A DNA stretch of 63,256 nucleotides, counting the filler, from Sphacelaria rigidula (Eukaryota), in assembly GCA_964200075.2 (NCBI GenBank). It is 10 parts of 10 records of this genome, joined end to end, with 100 filler letters (N's around TTAATTAATTAA, not from the genome) between each part and the next. Parts side by side here need not be neighbours in the genome. Positions count along the whole stretch, not along the records: positions 12,673 to 18,908 come from CAXNAA020021320.1; positions 19,009 to 25,244 come from CAXNAA020021321.1; 8 more parts are not named here. One strand, 5' to 3'. The notes beneath the pieces were generated by a model. The model ran no database searches and had not been told where the DNA came from. It saw nothing but the letters and a program-made list of their open reading frames with translations. The translations under genes were made by a program, and so were the position numbers. Positions 13,767 to 25,068 of this stretch are shown piece by piece. Numbering within the stretch: position 1 is the first letter of the stretch; each line of letters starts with the position of its first letter.

Positions 13767-14293
13767 GGGGGCTGTACTCATGATCATGCATGCCATAGTC
13801 ATCAGACCATTGACCTCGCATCCCTACAAAGCCGGGAGACGGAGCGCGCTGGGTTTTCGCCGGACCAGGCTCGCACTATATCACCAAGCGCGAAGCGCCG
13901 TGGTGTGTTCGACGACTCGCATTAAGGGTGAGCTGCATTCTGCTGAGATTCTTCGTCCCGACGCCTACTGATTATCTTGCATTTGGACGACAGCCTCCAA
14001 TGAGTTGCTTCATCTTCTGGTATCGCCACTTCCAGAGACAGCCACAGCTTATACACTGACTGCCTCATGGGTATCTCACTATTTAAACACAACGGAGTAC
14101 GATCATACGATCATCCCCATTGTGCGGAGTTGAGGTTTTCCCACGCCGCACAACATGATCTAGCTCAACTACCATCTAATACCGCAAAGAAACGCGAGCG
14201 CGCAAAAAAATCGGTAAGTTCTTTACTTGGCTTACGCAGTGAGTGGCGTATTTTATAGCGTCATCGCCAACCGACGCCAACCCAATCGGGGGT
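13767..14293 (-). mobile_element. Family A non-LTR element, longest copy (~520 bp), G-runs on both flanks
   Basis: Collinear with 46142-46625, 38098-38418 and 31690-31960; ends CATGATCATGAGTACA; no intact ORF. Confidence 0.92.
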
Positions 14294-15089
14294 CGGGGGG
14301 GGGGGGGGGGGGGGGGGGGCACCATTCCAACTTCTAGTAGCGCATGAAGATAATTGTTCCAAAATGTTGAAACCATGAAGCATACATGCCCATGACCCAT
14401 AATTTTGGTCATTTTTCAAGCTAGATGGTATATATCGCATGAATGGCACAACGCCGACAGTCATCTAAAGTCAGGGTGACGGAGGGCCGCTCTAAATCCA
14501 AGTGACCAAGCTGCCAGAGGCTGTCAGACCTCCAAACTTATGTTGACTCACGCGGCACAGAAGTCCATTACTGGAGTCGACGTAAGGACGTACGTACACT
14601 GGTATTCATGAATTGGTAACTTGACTACCAGTCAGAAAATCAAACTGAGGTGATTACAAACAAACGGACGGATCGCCTGAGTTGCGGACTTGGGTGGAGA
14701 CTATCTTACACCACCCCACAGAAACGGGGTAGGAAACAAAAGTCGAGGCACCTCACGAGCATCAATACCTTCGACGCCCTCCGACCCCCCGGGTGCTCGG
14801 AGAGGAGATGCGTTGATTTCATCCCTGGGAAAGAAAGGGTAGAAGGTGAATTTTTTCCCCCTTTCAGCAGCGTTGTTCACGGGTTGAGCCCCCTCGGAGC
14901 GACGGGCTCTACTTGCAGCACGCGGTGGCTATTTTCGATGCATGCACTTTGACCCTGAGTGAAAAAGACGAGGGTCCTCCACTTTCATACTCACGGTTTT
15001 TGGTCATTACCAGTACTACATCTGTCTTCAGAGTACCTCAAACCCCGTAGTATCCGGATCTCCCGTTCATGGATGATCCGGATCTTCGG

Positions 15090-15452
15090 TTTGTTGCCAT
15101 CCCATTTATTCTGGACGTCGGTCTACACCTTCCGGTATATGTGGACGCACCCGCCGGGGTCACACAGGAAGAAGACCAAAACCGAATTATTACTTTTTTC
15201 TGTTTGTTTCAAATTCTCCACCTTCCTTCTGCGGCGCTTGCCTTTTTATTTTCATCACAAAAGGGGTGCAGAAGTCCCTTTTTCCCATCGACCGCTACGT
15301 CGAATTTTGTGTACCCACGAGTTAGTCGCTCTCCGCTGTTGGGCAGTGTGTGAAAAAAAATCCCAGATCGTACGACTTCACCGAAATTCGAACCCACGAC
15401 CCAATTGTCAGAAGGTTTCGAGGTTCCCAACTGAGCCACCGGGGCAACCCGC
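15090..15452 (-). mobile_element. tRNA-headed SINE family 1, full length, ~20 bp from a PPR donor site
   Basis: A box GGTGGCTCAGTTGG and B box GGGTTCGAATTTC on the minus strand; family tail present. Confidence 0.9.
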
Positions 15453-15472
15453 CAGGTTTATGGATCACTCAC

Positions 15473-15572
15473 CGTATGATCCGGATCTTCCATGTCTAAC
15501 AAATCGTTGAGCAAATTCATGGCATCCTCGAAACGACCCACACGTCCGTAGGCTGCGATTGTAGCTGTGGCA
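15473..15572 (-). CDS. PPR protein exon 4 (ATATIAAYGRVGRFEDAMNLLNDLLDMEDPDHT)
   Basis: AACAG acceptor, GTGAGT donor, PPR motif, phase 2-0 compatible with neighbours. Confidence 0.9.
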
Positions 15573-16110
15573 CTGTTGGAAAGTGACGAAACATTACAAA
15601 TATCGGGTGGGAGAGGGGGGGGAAGTGAGACCTACGAAAAAGCATATTCATCTTTCAAAAGAGATGTGAAGAGGAGATGAGTCCCCGATAGACGCCTGTG
15701 GTAACGTATCCCTTCTCGACGAGAGTACCTGCATCGCGCCCGTTTTCATGGGCCTCATTCCTGCGACGACGAAATATTTGAACATGTAACTTTTTATGCC
15801 AAGTAGCGGTTAGGATGTTCAGCTTTTTTTTTACTCACATATCGATTGCGTGTGTTGGTTCCGCCAGGTCAACGCCTGGCCGAAAAAAAAAAAAAATGTC
15901 ACGTTTGGGAACTCCTACTTCCTCACTTACCGGAATTTCCACGATCTTGTGCGCTATACTTTGACATTCTCCGACCATTTGGACCGTTTCTTACGGTTCG
16001 TATTTTCCACTTTGGGGATCTTTGGCACGGCTTTTGCCCCCAAACAGGGAATATCGTCATGGAACATCTTGGATGCTTTGCATCGGCCCACCGATATTAG
16101 TCTAGCTCAC

Positions 16111-16164
16111 CGCTTACATTCGCCTGGCTTCGAGGTTTCGAGGATGGCTAGACGAAAAAGCGAG
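16111..16164 (-). CDS. PPR protein exon 3 (SLFRLAILETSKPGECKR)
   Basis: TTTTTTTCCAG acceptor, GTGAGC donor, 54 nt, phase 2-2. Confidence 0.65.
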
Positions 16165-16684
16165 CTGGAAAAAAAATGCGGTGTATACAGGTGTTTCCAC
16201 CGTGAATCACTCTCTGTATCGTAGACGACATCATTACGCCACATACATGGAAATGTGAGGCGGGGGTGGGAGGACATGAAATACGGTACCGTCAGCATGT
16301 GGTGAACTTCCGAACGGCTTGCCACAGCGTGGTTCCAAGTGCAGTCAAGGACAAAAACAACGAGACATATCAAAGGTCAATTTGACGGAGTATTCCCCTC
16401 CCCCCCTGCACTCGATTGTTGTAGCATCTTCTCACCAAATAAATGAAAAAAAAAAAAACAGGAGTAATCCCAAAAGCATCAATCCAACAACACAGTCCCC
16501 CGTATCCTTCCGTTCGTCATCCGAATGATCACTACCGAAAACAAAACAAAAAACCAAAGAGAGAAAAAAACTTCGCCGCAACAAAAGCAGCACATCGTGC
16601 TACAGCAAATAACATAGAAGCCACATCGCCCCAGGGACACGGTCCTCTACCCCAACTGCCCTCGCAAACACACAGTCTCCACAC

Positions 16685-16828
16685 CTGTAGGCGTTGTGCA
16701 CGATGCCAGTCAAAGCCATCTCGTCGGCGAGAACGGCCGCCCCAGCCCAGCTCTTGCATCGCGTCAACGACGTCAGTACGCCGGCCACTGCACGCGGATC
16801 GCACACCAATCCCTTCTGGCGCATGCTC
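16685..16828 (-). CDS. PPR protein exon 2 (SMRQKGLVCDPRAVAGVLTSLTRCKSWAGAAVLADEMALTGIVHNAY)
   Basis: Degenerate PPR motif; CCAG acceptor, AG|GTGTGG donor, 144 nt, phase 2-2. Confidence 0.75.
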
Positions 16829-16951
16829 CTGGATAGGTTGCATGAGCACACACAGAACTTACACACAGGAAAAAATGAGAGGCTACGGGGCGGATCCGAC
16901 AAGAAGTGCCTTACATATACATATAAATATATATGCACATGTGTGTGTGCT

Positions 16952-17263
16952 GTGGCGCGGCCCTGGGGTCTAATGATCAAACTGTTACCTTTAGGGTGGA
17001 GAGAACGTGGGTTTGATTCTCGATGCGTTTGGGATTTTTTCTTCGGAATATTGGATTTACACCGTCGAAATAGTGAGTGATTGAGCAAACGCAAATCTAC
17101 TGACTTGAAATTTGTTTCACGAGAGTTGACGGGGTGCGGGAATGTGGACCCAATCCGCGAGACCATAACGAAATACGTGTACTGGGGGAGAGGATACGGG
17201 CTGATAACTTGGGACCACGGATTCCTTCCGAGGAAGTGGGGGGCTTCGAAGTGTGAGGTGAAA
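16952..17263 (+). mobile_element. tRNA-headed SINE family 2
   Basis: Collinear with 18031-18360; degenerate B box GGGTTTGATTCTC. Confidence 0.8.
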
Positions 17264-18030
17264 CTAGAAAATGTAGAATTCTATATTGTGAAGGCGACTG
17301 GACTTCTCAGGGATCAACTTACATGCGCCAAACAAAATCGAATCAATTGTAATTTTCAGAAAAAATCACGTCGACCGTACGGGTGTGTGGCAGCGGAGGC
17401 CGAAAAATCTGTGATGGGAATGTCGAGACGACAACTTGTTCTGTCGCACCCTTTTCATTTTCAATTCTACGAATGCGCGCAGAGAACGCAGGACAGGACA
17501 ATAAAAGGGTGGAAGCACCAAGTAATGCACGGCAACCATCTCCACCGCGGCCGTAATTACGGTCGAGAGGGTGGACTTCGAGCATTATGCTCTTCGACAG
17601 GCCAACTCCTTGCGCAGCACTGTCTTCCATCACTTGTCACCATGTATACACACTAGGTAAAATGATCGCGGACCCGTCACCACAATAGCAAGGCTGCATT
17701 ATATAGGTTATACAGTACCCATAAGTGGGGGAGTTTGGGTTGGCATACTAAACCATACCGAAATCAGTATGTGAACATTCCGGTACGGTTCGGCGGGGTA
17801 TCGAGCCCTCTTCCGAGCACTTTGGTATGGTCCGGAGTGGTAATTACCGAAAACAAGTTATATATGATTCAGCATATACCCTATTTATACCTTCAGCCGG
17901 TACATCACTGCAGAACACAACCTTGCAAAATTCCAAGGTGGAATATCCTTGTTTCCACCGAACCCTGAGGCTGGGCCTTATCCAAAGCCCGAGTCAAACA
18001 CGGACCAAGAACCCTCGGGTATGAACGGTA

Positions 18031-18360
18031 CCGCCGCGCTCCGGTGGTGAAATGGTCCGACTGCCACCGTAAGGGTGGAGAGAGCGTGGGTTCGATTCCC
18101 GATGCGTCGGGTTTTTTCCTCGAGGTAGTTGATTCCCACCATCAAAAACGTGAGTACGTGACCAAAACAAGAAGCAGTTGGTGAAGCTTGTTTGACGAGA
18201 GTTGACGCGGTACGGCGAGTGCTGGTCATGATCCAATCCGCGACACCAAAATTTAAGGCGTGAAACGGGGAGAGATGGGGTAATCCCTTGATACCAGTAG
18301 ACCACGGACTCATCCCGAAGAAGGAGAGGGGTTTAAACTGCGACAAATAAAAAAAATAAT
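18031..18360 (+). mobile_element. tRNA-headed SINE family 2, full length
   Basis: A box GGTGGTGAAATGG, B box GGGTTCGATTCCC (18088-18100), ends ...ACTGCGACAAATAAAAAAAATAAT. Confidence 0.88.
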
Positions 18361-18778
18361 CATAAAAAAGAGGGTAGCCTGGACAGCACTGACGAAGACA
18401 ATAGGACTGTCAGCCCTTTGAAGATCCGAGGGTGATGATCCGTAATTGAAACCAAGTATGCTCGAACCATGGGATGTTTTCCGGGTGACGGCTTAGCGTG
18501 AGGTTTGCGATATTCGCTAATATCGGTGTATTTCCTGATTCACTTGTTGATAGAATGTGTAACTCAAGTTGAGGTGAGGGCAGGGCACGTTTGCTTTTTG
18601 TGTGCAAAAGATCGGTGCTTGTTGACTGCGAGTCAGAAAGGTCGGTGTGATGTGGTGATGAAAAAATAAATACGGGTGACGCGAACGGGTGAGATTTGGA
18701 GTTGCCTGGAGATCGCGCTGTCTGCACTGTTGTAGGGAAGGTGTAGGAAAACATCGTTGCACCCGACCAGCTCTCCAC

Positions 18779-18835
18779 CTATGCTGGACCACTACTGCAG
18801 CTGATGCAGCTGCTTTTGCTGAGGCCTTCGGAGTG
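18779..18835 (-). CDS. Possible upstream PPR exon (TPKASAKAAASAAVVVQH)
   Basis: CTAAC branch point, GAAG acceptor, AG|GTGGAG donor, phase 2-2. Confidence 0.4.
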   Translation of the reverse strand, partial: HSEGLSKSSCISCSSGPA

Positions 18836-19008
18836 CTTCAATAGTTGTTAGCAGTCGGCATGTCAAATATTTCTCCAAAGCCGAAAAATGAGGAGGGAGC
18901 GGGGAGGGNNNNNNNNNNNNNNNNNNNNNNNNNNNNNNNNNNNNNNNNNNNNTTAATTAATTAANNNNNNNNNNNNNNNNNNNNNNNNNNNNNNNNNNNN
19001 NNNNNNNN

Positions 19009-19072
19009 CTTTGTAGGGATGCGAGGTCAATGACCCTATGACTATGGCATGCATGATCATGAGTACACCCTC
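19009..19072 (+). mobile_element. Family A 3' end at contig start
   Basis: GGGATGCGAGGTCAATG...CATGATCATGAGTACACCCTC. Confidence 0.9.
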
Positions 19073-19892
19073 AATTGCTTGTGCTCCATCCAGATAGTCC
19101 ATGGACGCCGGTCAAGGCAGATACACGTCATGTCAAGGAACGCCCTACAAAACTCATGCCCCTCAAACTAGCGTGGGTGGCTCAACCCAATATGCGCATA
19201 ATTGCATCACTAAGACCTGAAAATACCTGGAACTAGCACGAGGGTGCACACAAAAAACTTGTCTACTTATAGAAACAGAGGTAGGGATTTCCGAGTATCA
19301 CCTCACCTTCAAACGCTCCGGGAGCGTGTCCGTGAATGTGGTTTGCGTCACCGACAGCGCGCCTCTATCCCAGTCTCTATCCACCGCACACCCCATGTAC
19401 CACGTGACCTCTCCGAGATTGTTCATGGGGAACTTGTCGTTCAAAATTTTGCTCACATTTCGCACATTTTCCTCAGTACCACTGATCAGAATGTCATCCA
19501 CATGGACGACCAAAATCACACGTACGTCTCCTGCATCCACCATATTGAAAACACAAAGATCAGCTTCACACTGCACTATCCCGACATCCTCCAGTAAAGT
19601 TTGGCACAGAAAACGTGACCACTACCTGCCTCCTTGCTTCATCCCGTGAATAGATTTTTCGAGCTTAACGGTTATGTCAGTCAAAACGTAGCAACCTTCA
19701 GGTAGTCTTATGTACACGTTAGTAGTGTCCATCTTCGCTTGAACAAAAGTCTGTGTTACGTCGAAATGGTACAGCGGCCACTCTTCCTGAACGGCCACTG
19801 CCATGACCAGTTAAATGGAGGCCATGGAGGGTGCTGCCGGGAAAGTCTCGAAAAAATCGACTGCGAAACGTTGTCCGAATCCTCGTGCTACC

Positions 19893-20091
19893 TGTAATGC
19901 GTGAGAGGACCGCGTGCTTAGAGGACCGCATCGGAATTTGAACACCCCTATGGTTAGGGTTAGTGTTGGGGTTAGGATCAGGGGCGTGGTACCTGCAGGG
20001 ACTGGCCTGACTGGGTTTGAAAAACGTCGATCCTGAGGTGTTTTGAACAACGGCGCGGTCCTCTAAGCACGCGGTCCTCTCACGCATTACA
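19893..20091. mobile_element. MITE with TGT...ACA termini, 37-bp perfect TIRs, 5-bp TSD and internal TTAGGG-like repeats
   Basis: TIR TGTAATGCGTGAGAGGACCGCGTGCTTAGAGGACCGC; flanks CTACC/TTACC; splits the Copia KARLVARGF motif. Confidence 0.93.
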
Positions 20092-21642
20092 TTACCAACC
20101 TAGCCTTTGCCTTCATTATAGTAAATCTAAGTCACTTGTCCAACTAAGAACCCATCTCGCTGAAACCAAGTTCACTCCTTCCAGTACAGGGCCAATCGAA
20201 AATGTTCCAGCCTTTTCATGACCTCCCAGTTCGGCCTGCATCGCGTCTCATTATGCCTCTCGAAACTCTGATTTTGTAATGTCATTCATACTGGTGGGTG
20301 CTGCTTCTACTTCGCTTACATGCAGGCCAACCAGTGAACGCAAACCAAATTGAGGCTACCCTACTCTGTTTTCCTCAGCAATAAAACAAAAAGACTCCTT
20401 TTCGACCAACTCATTCTGGATCGAGGCGATTGAGCCTTGTCCGAAAACTTGTCGTGCTGCTGCGGTGATCATCTCCACGGTTGAGCATTTGTCGTCGGCC
20501 ATCCCCACCAGCGCCATCTCCGCTTCCTCTCTGCTCTCCTCCGCTCCGCTAGCTACCAGCTTTTCGCCATGTGTATCTACCGACCCCATAGCTCGCGCGT
20601 TTGGCTCCTCGTACGCCTCGCCCTTCGTGTTGGCAACTCGTCGGCCCACGTGGGACGGCGTCGCTCGGTCCTCGGGAGTTAAGGAGTGTCGCCCCCCCCC
20701 ATCCGCCGTCTTGCGAGGGACCCGTGGAAGAGGGTGACAGGGCGGGCGACGAGGGAATGTTCGATGTCGATGCGAGCGCCAGTGTTGGTGTCAGCGTCGG
20801 CGTAGGTGTCGGCATCCGCGCTGGTGTCAGCGTCGGCGCTGATGTTGGCGTTGATGTAGATGATGATGATGGTTCTAGCTCCCCCTCACCTCCTCTGTTG
20901 ACAAAATCTGGAACGGGGATCTCTCTGATATCACCCCGCCTTCTGGCACTTTGCCCCCCTTCACTACCGACGGGGATCTGCGGTGCTGCTCCGCCCCCCC
21001 ACCAACGGTACTCGGCGGGGAGGACGGTGCGCTCGAGGAACCGCTGGACGAAGTGTCCACTGTCGAGTTTTCCATCCTTTTCTCGCCCACTCCCTTGCCT
21101 GCATCGACTTTGGAATCCTTCGGCTCGCCCGGCGTCTGGATCGCTTGCTGTAGTGTGCGGGAAGGGGTGGCGGAGGTACTTTCTCACGTTACATGCCTTG
21201 TTACAGTCATGAATCCTCGTGAAGTCAAAACTCGCATCGCGTCAGGTGGGTAGCGTGGGGCTGGGCTTAAATACCAGCATTTTCCCGCCTTCGGCTGTAA
21301 TTTGTTTGTCCGCTTCCTCCCACAAAGCCCAGGCTTCAAAACCGGAATGAGATCACCGTCCGGTGGTGATCCGTACCACATATCATGCGGTGATTTGCTT
21401 TTTGGGTTAGCCGAGGTAGCGGTGCAGTTCAGGGGGTGACACGCCTAGTCTGCCTGTTCAGCCCACAGGTTGTCACCATTTGGGATACGCTCATCTGGGT
21501 ACAGCTCAGATGCTTGGATCTTGGCCGCAAGGCCAGCTCTTTCGATGATACCCAACGCTGGTTCTGCAACGCCGTTGAACTGGGTGTGTCGGGAGTTGTC
21601 GCGTCTTGCTTGATCTTTTCCCTTTCGCACACTTCACCAAAT

Positions 21643-21894
21643 GACTGCTGCTGAGATAGCCCCCCCCCCCCGAACCGGCCAAGAATGTGCACGGATGCGA
21701 TGATCATAAATGACGTTAGAGCTGGTTTCGTGTTCCACGACGCGACTTATTTGGGCGTTATAGCTGATTTAGGACTGCTACAAGCCTTTTATGTGGGCGG
21801 AATTGCTGCAAACGAGCCCAATAGTGGGATCGGAGCCGGTCTGTCGGACGGTCTCCCGTGAACTTGTTGTGGGGGGGCTATCTCGGCATTAGTC
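21643..21894. mobile_element. 252-bp MITE with ~23-bp TIRs and 4-bp AAAT TSD (Sola1-like)
   Basis: GACTGCTGCTGAGATAGCCCCCC / GGGGGGCTATCTCGGCATTAGTC; removing it plus one AAAT restores the integrase frame SEGAFGEV. Confidence 0.85.
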
Positions 21895-24272
21895 AAATGC
21901 ACCCTCCGAGAATTCACCCCCGTCATCGCTACGGACTATCTCGATTTTCTTGGAGAAGCCCATACAAAGTATGTAGTGAAGTTTCGCTCTGCCTCATCCT
22001 TCGTCCGGAGGAAATGCAGCTTCGTGAACCGTGAGTGATCATCTCGGGCTATCATCGTGTACCACTTTCCACCGTGAGACTTGACTGGTTCCGGGCCGGG
22101 AAGATCTACAAATGCCCTAGACGCTGATTCAGCTGCTCTCGTGTGCCTCGATCTTGAATCCGTCGTCGTAGTCCCTTCGCCTCTGAGCAACCGCGGCAGG
22201 GCTGCAGCTTTCTAGCCAGCTGCTTTCTCAGCTGCTTCGCAGTCTTTCGCAGTAAGTCCTCGTGGACGTGGGCGTGGGCACAGTGGAAATAGTTCATGTC
22301 AGCGATCTGGGGGCTAGGCGGAGCCCCCGGGGCAATAACAGCATATGCCGATGCACACTTGTCGCCACCACTTTGGTCAAGGCGCCGGGGTACATTTTTC
22401 GTTGAAGTTTTTGTCAGGGTATTTTCAGTGTATTTATTGCCTGAGATGAGATCCACCCTGAAACCTTCAAGAAAATCAGTGTAGGTGTGTCCCATGTTTT
22501 GGATCCTCGCGAGTGATAAGAGGTGATGGCGGACATTAGGTACATGGTCAACATCCATTAATTTGACCATCACATCCTGTCCGTCAGATCTGAAGGGAAA
22601 ATAAAAATTTCCTCTGCCTACGATCGGGTGAGTACTACCACCCGCGCACCGTAGTACCCTACCCTGACACTCTCTGGACTCCGTCATCCCACGGGAGTCG
22701 GGGGAGAAGTGCTAGGTAGCCCCCGTGTCAAATACCCACGGTTCGCCCTCACCCTGCTCTTTATCACACCCCTGCCCAACACACAATGCCTACTCGCCTG
22801 TTTCGCCGTTGATGCTGGTGTCGAAAGAAGAGAAAGTGTCCCCGTCTACGTCCGAGCAAACGGAGGAGTCGTCGCTGTCGTCGGCCGCACCCATCGCCAT
22901 CACCACATCATCTTTTTTCGCTGTCGATCTCGGACAGTCCCAGAACTTGTGCCCCTATTGACCGCATCTCCCGCAGTATCTCTTCGGGTAGTACCTGGCG
23001 CGGTGCGTCCTGTCCTCATCGCAAACGTGGCAGCGGAGCAGCTTCCCAGCCGCCGGTTTGCCGTCCGACGATTCCGACCCAGAGCTACTAAAACTCTGGC
23101 TCCCACCATTTTTCTGATCAGAGCCCCGGGGGTTTCCCGGTTTTCCTTTGTGGTGTGCACCGCTCGGGTTTCCGGTCCCACCCCTTGCGAGGAGAGCCTG
23201 GTCGCCAGGGGATAACGTTTTTCCCCGGGCAAGTTCCTGGTTCAAAGAGGTCGACTTGGAGCGCTGTCGGACCGAGGTTAGCATAACCTCCCGTGTCAGC
23301 GGCCCCTCTCGATCCTCCAGCAACTGCTTCTGCACGTGATACTGGTATGGCAAGGCGTTGAGGTATTTCAAGAGGATATGATTTCCGCTGAGGGGTCGAT
23401 GTTTCTCGTATGAGTTCAGGTATCGTGTATTTTCCTCCATCTCGAGCAACTCCTGTTCTGGATCATCACGAACACCAATCTTGAGTTCATCGAATTTTGC
23501 CAACAAAGCGATCCTTATCCCATCTGTTTTGGGGCGAAAGATATCCGCGAGGTTTCTCCAAACCACACCAAGTGAGGGGACTCTGAGCGAGATACCTTGC
23601 TTTCTCTTTCCTTCGAAATTGGCAGCAAGCATCCGTTTCGCCCTCACGTGGGCTGCTACTGTGTCCTTCCTGTATCTACTTTCTAGGTGTCCCAGTGCCA
23701 ATTTAGGGTCACCGGCATCTACGGCGTGCGAACTGTCGCCGGCCATGGTAAACACCCAGCCAATTTCTTCGCCCCTCGCGAAGTTGACCAGCTCATATCT
23801 GTATTGAGCATACTCTGCGTTTTTCTCTGAAAATGTCGGGACGTTTTGTCGAAAACGGGAACTCCTGATACATTTCCACCTGCATCGTTTATCAAGACTG
23901 ACTCAAGTTCGGGGACAAAGCCCCTAGCTCTGTCGTCTCCGGCCTCCTTATTCCCCGCGTTGCAAGTTCCTCCCTCTGGGACGGCTTGACTCCCGATGTG
24001 CTGGCGGTCTCTTCGAGCTCCGGCACTACGTCGCTCTACTGTACTGTTCGTTCTGGATGCCCCCTGTGGACTATGGCAACCAACACTATCGAGGACACCA
24101 TTGGTTTCTGCGCCTCTGGCCTCTCGTACTACCCTCATATCGTTCACGTCACTCAGTAATGCAGTTTGGTTTAACTACAACTCACGCAATAGCTCAGCCA
24201 TGGAACTTAGCTGGCTAGTCACCATCCCCAGTTGCTCAATAACACCCTGCTCACCAAGTACTGTAGCAAGCG

Positions 24273-24483
24273 TGTAATGCGTGAGAGGACCGCGTGCTTA
24301 GAAGACCGCGCCGTAGTTCAAAATACCTCAGGGTCGACATTTTTCAAAACCAATCGTGTCAGTCCCTGCAGGTACCACACCCCTGACCCTAACTCCAACA
24401 CTAACCCTAACCGTAACCCTAACCATAGGGATGTTCAAATTCCGATGCGATCCTCAAAGCACGCGGTCCTCTCACGCATTACA
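24273..24483. mobile_element. Second copy of the TGT...ACA MITE, opposite orientation
   Basis: Same TIRs, flanks AAGCG/AAGCC, CCCTAA-like repeats at ~24385-24424. Confidence 0.93.
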
Positions 24484-24834
24484 AAGCCTACCACCTTGAT
24501 CTGCCATTTTGCCCAACCGGTTGTAAAACTAGTGTATTCCGTGGCCCGTGGTGAATGATATATAGTTTCATATTTTGTTTTATTGGAGAGTACCCTCACG
24601 GAGTCGATCCTATGATAGAGGGATCAGATGTGGAGTGAGGGCTTACGACGGTGACGCTACCGGCCCAAGCATGGTACTGTAATCACATACACTCGACTAC
24701 CAGTACCCGTGCGTCAGCATTAATCTATCCGGACATGTGCATGTTCATTCAGTGTACCTCTGTGCACATGAACATGCCATCGACCTACGGACAGATTCCA
24801 TCAGTCACTCCTGTTGTCGCCACTAGGCGTGATA

Positions 24835-25068
24835 CTGATGCTGCATCCATCCCACAGCGAGAAAATCTCAGTAAGATCCCCCCAGATTCTGCTTCTGCTC
24901 CACAGCAAGTGAGCGTCGATAACATTCCCCCAGATTCTGCTTCCATTCCGCAGCAAGTGAGTATCAGTAAGATTCCCGTTGACTCTGCTTCTGCTCCACA
25001 ACGAGTTAGTGTCAGTCATATTCCCTCGGATTCCGCTTCTACCCCACAGCGTGTGAGTGTCGACCATT
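24835..25068 (+). repeat. 48-bp (16-codon) tandem repeat, ~4.5 units, within ORF 24651-25106; probably coding
   Basis: Units xxxIPPDSASAPQQVS; CAGATTCT recurs at 24883 and 24931; many differences between units are synonymous. Confidence 0.8.

Larger units (their letters stand above)
19298..24200 (-). mobile_element. Ty1/Copia LTR retrotransposon, decayed gag-pol (RT truncated, RNase H not seen)
   Basis: Gag with a CCHC-like knuckle (CHVCDEDRTH..YC), protease FDTGAT, pre-integrase H..H..C..C, integrase VDLPGP/DDHSR/SDDGGEF/NGVAE, RT KARLVARGF, HFDVTQTFVQ, KSIHGMKQ and VHVDD; frameshifts and stops throughout. Confidence 0.95.

Noticed and set aside
15072..15490. ATGATCCGGATCTTC on both sides of the SINE as a TSD
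   Set aside because: The second copy lies over 20 bp from the SINE end, inside the PPR exon (EDPDH codons); not a flush duplication.
24200..24272. 5' LTR and primer-binding site of the Copia
   Set aside because: No matching second LTR in the contig and no confidently recognisable PBS; the 3' part of the element is missing.
24835..25068. CRISPR-like array
   Set aside because: Contiguous degenerate 48-bp units without unique spacers, eukaryotic context, no cas genes.
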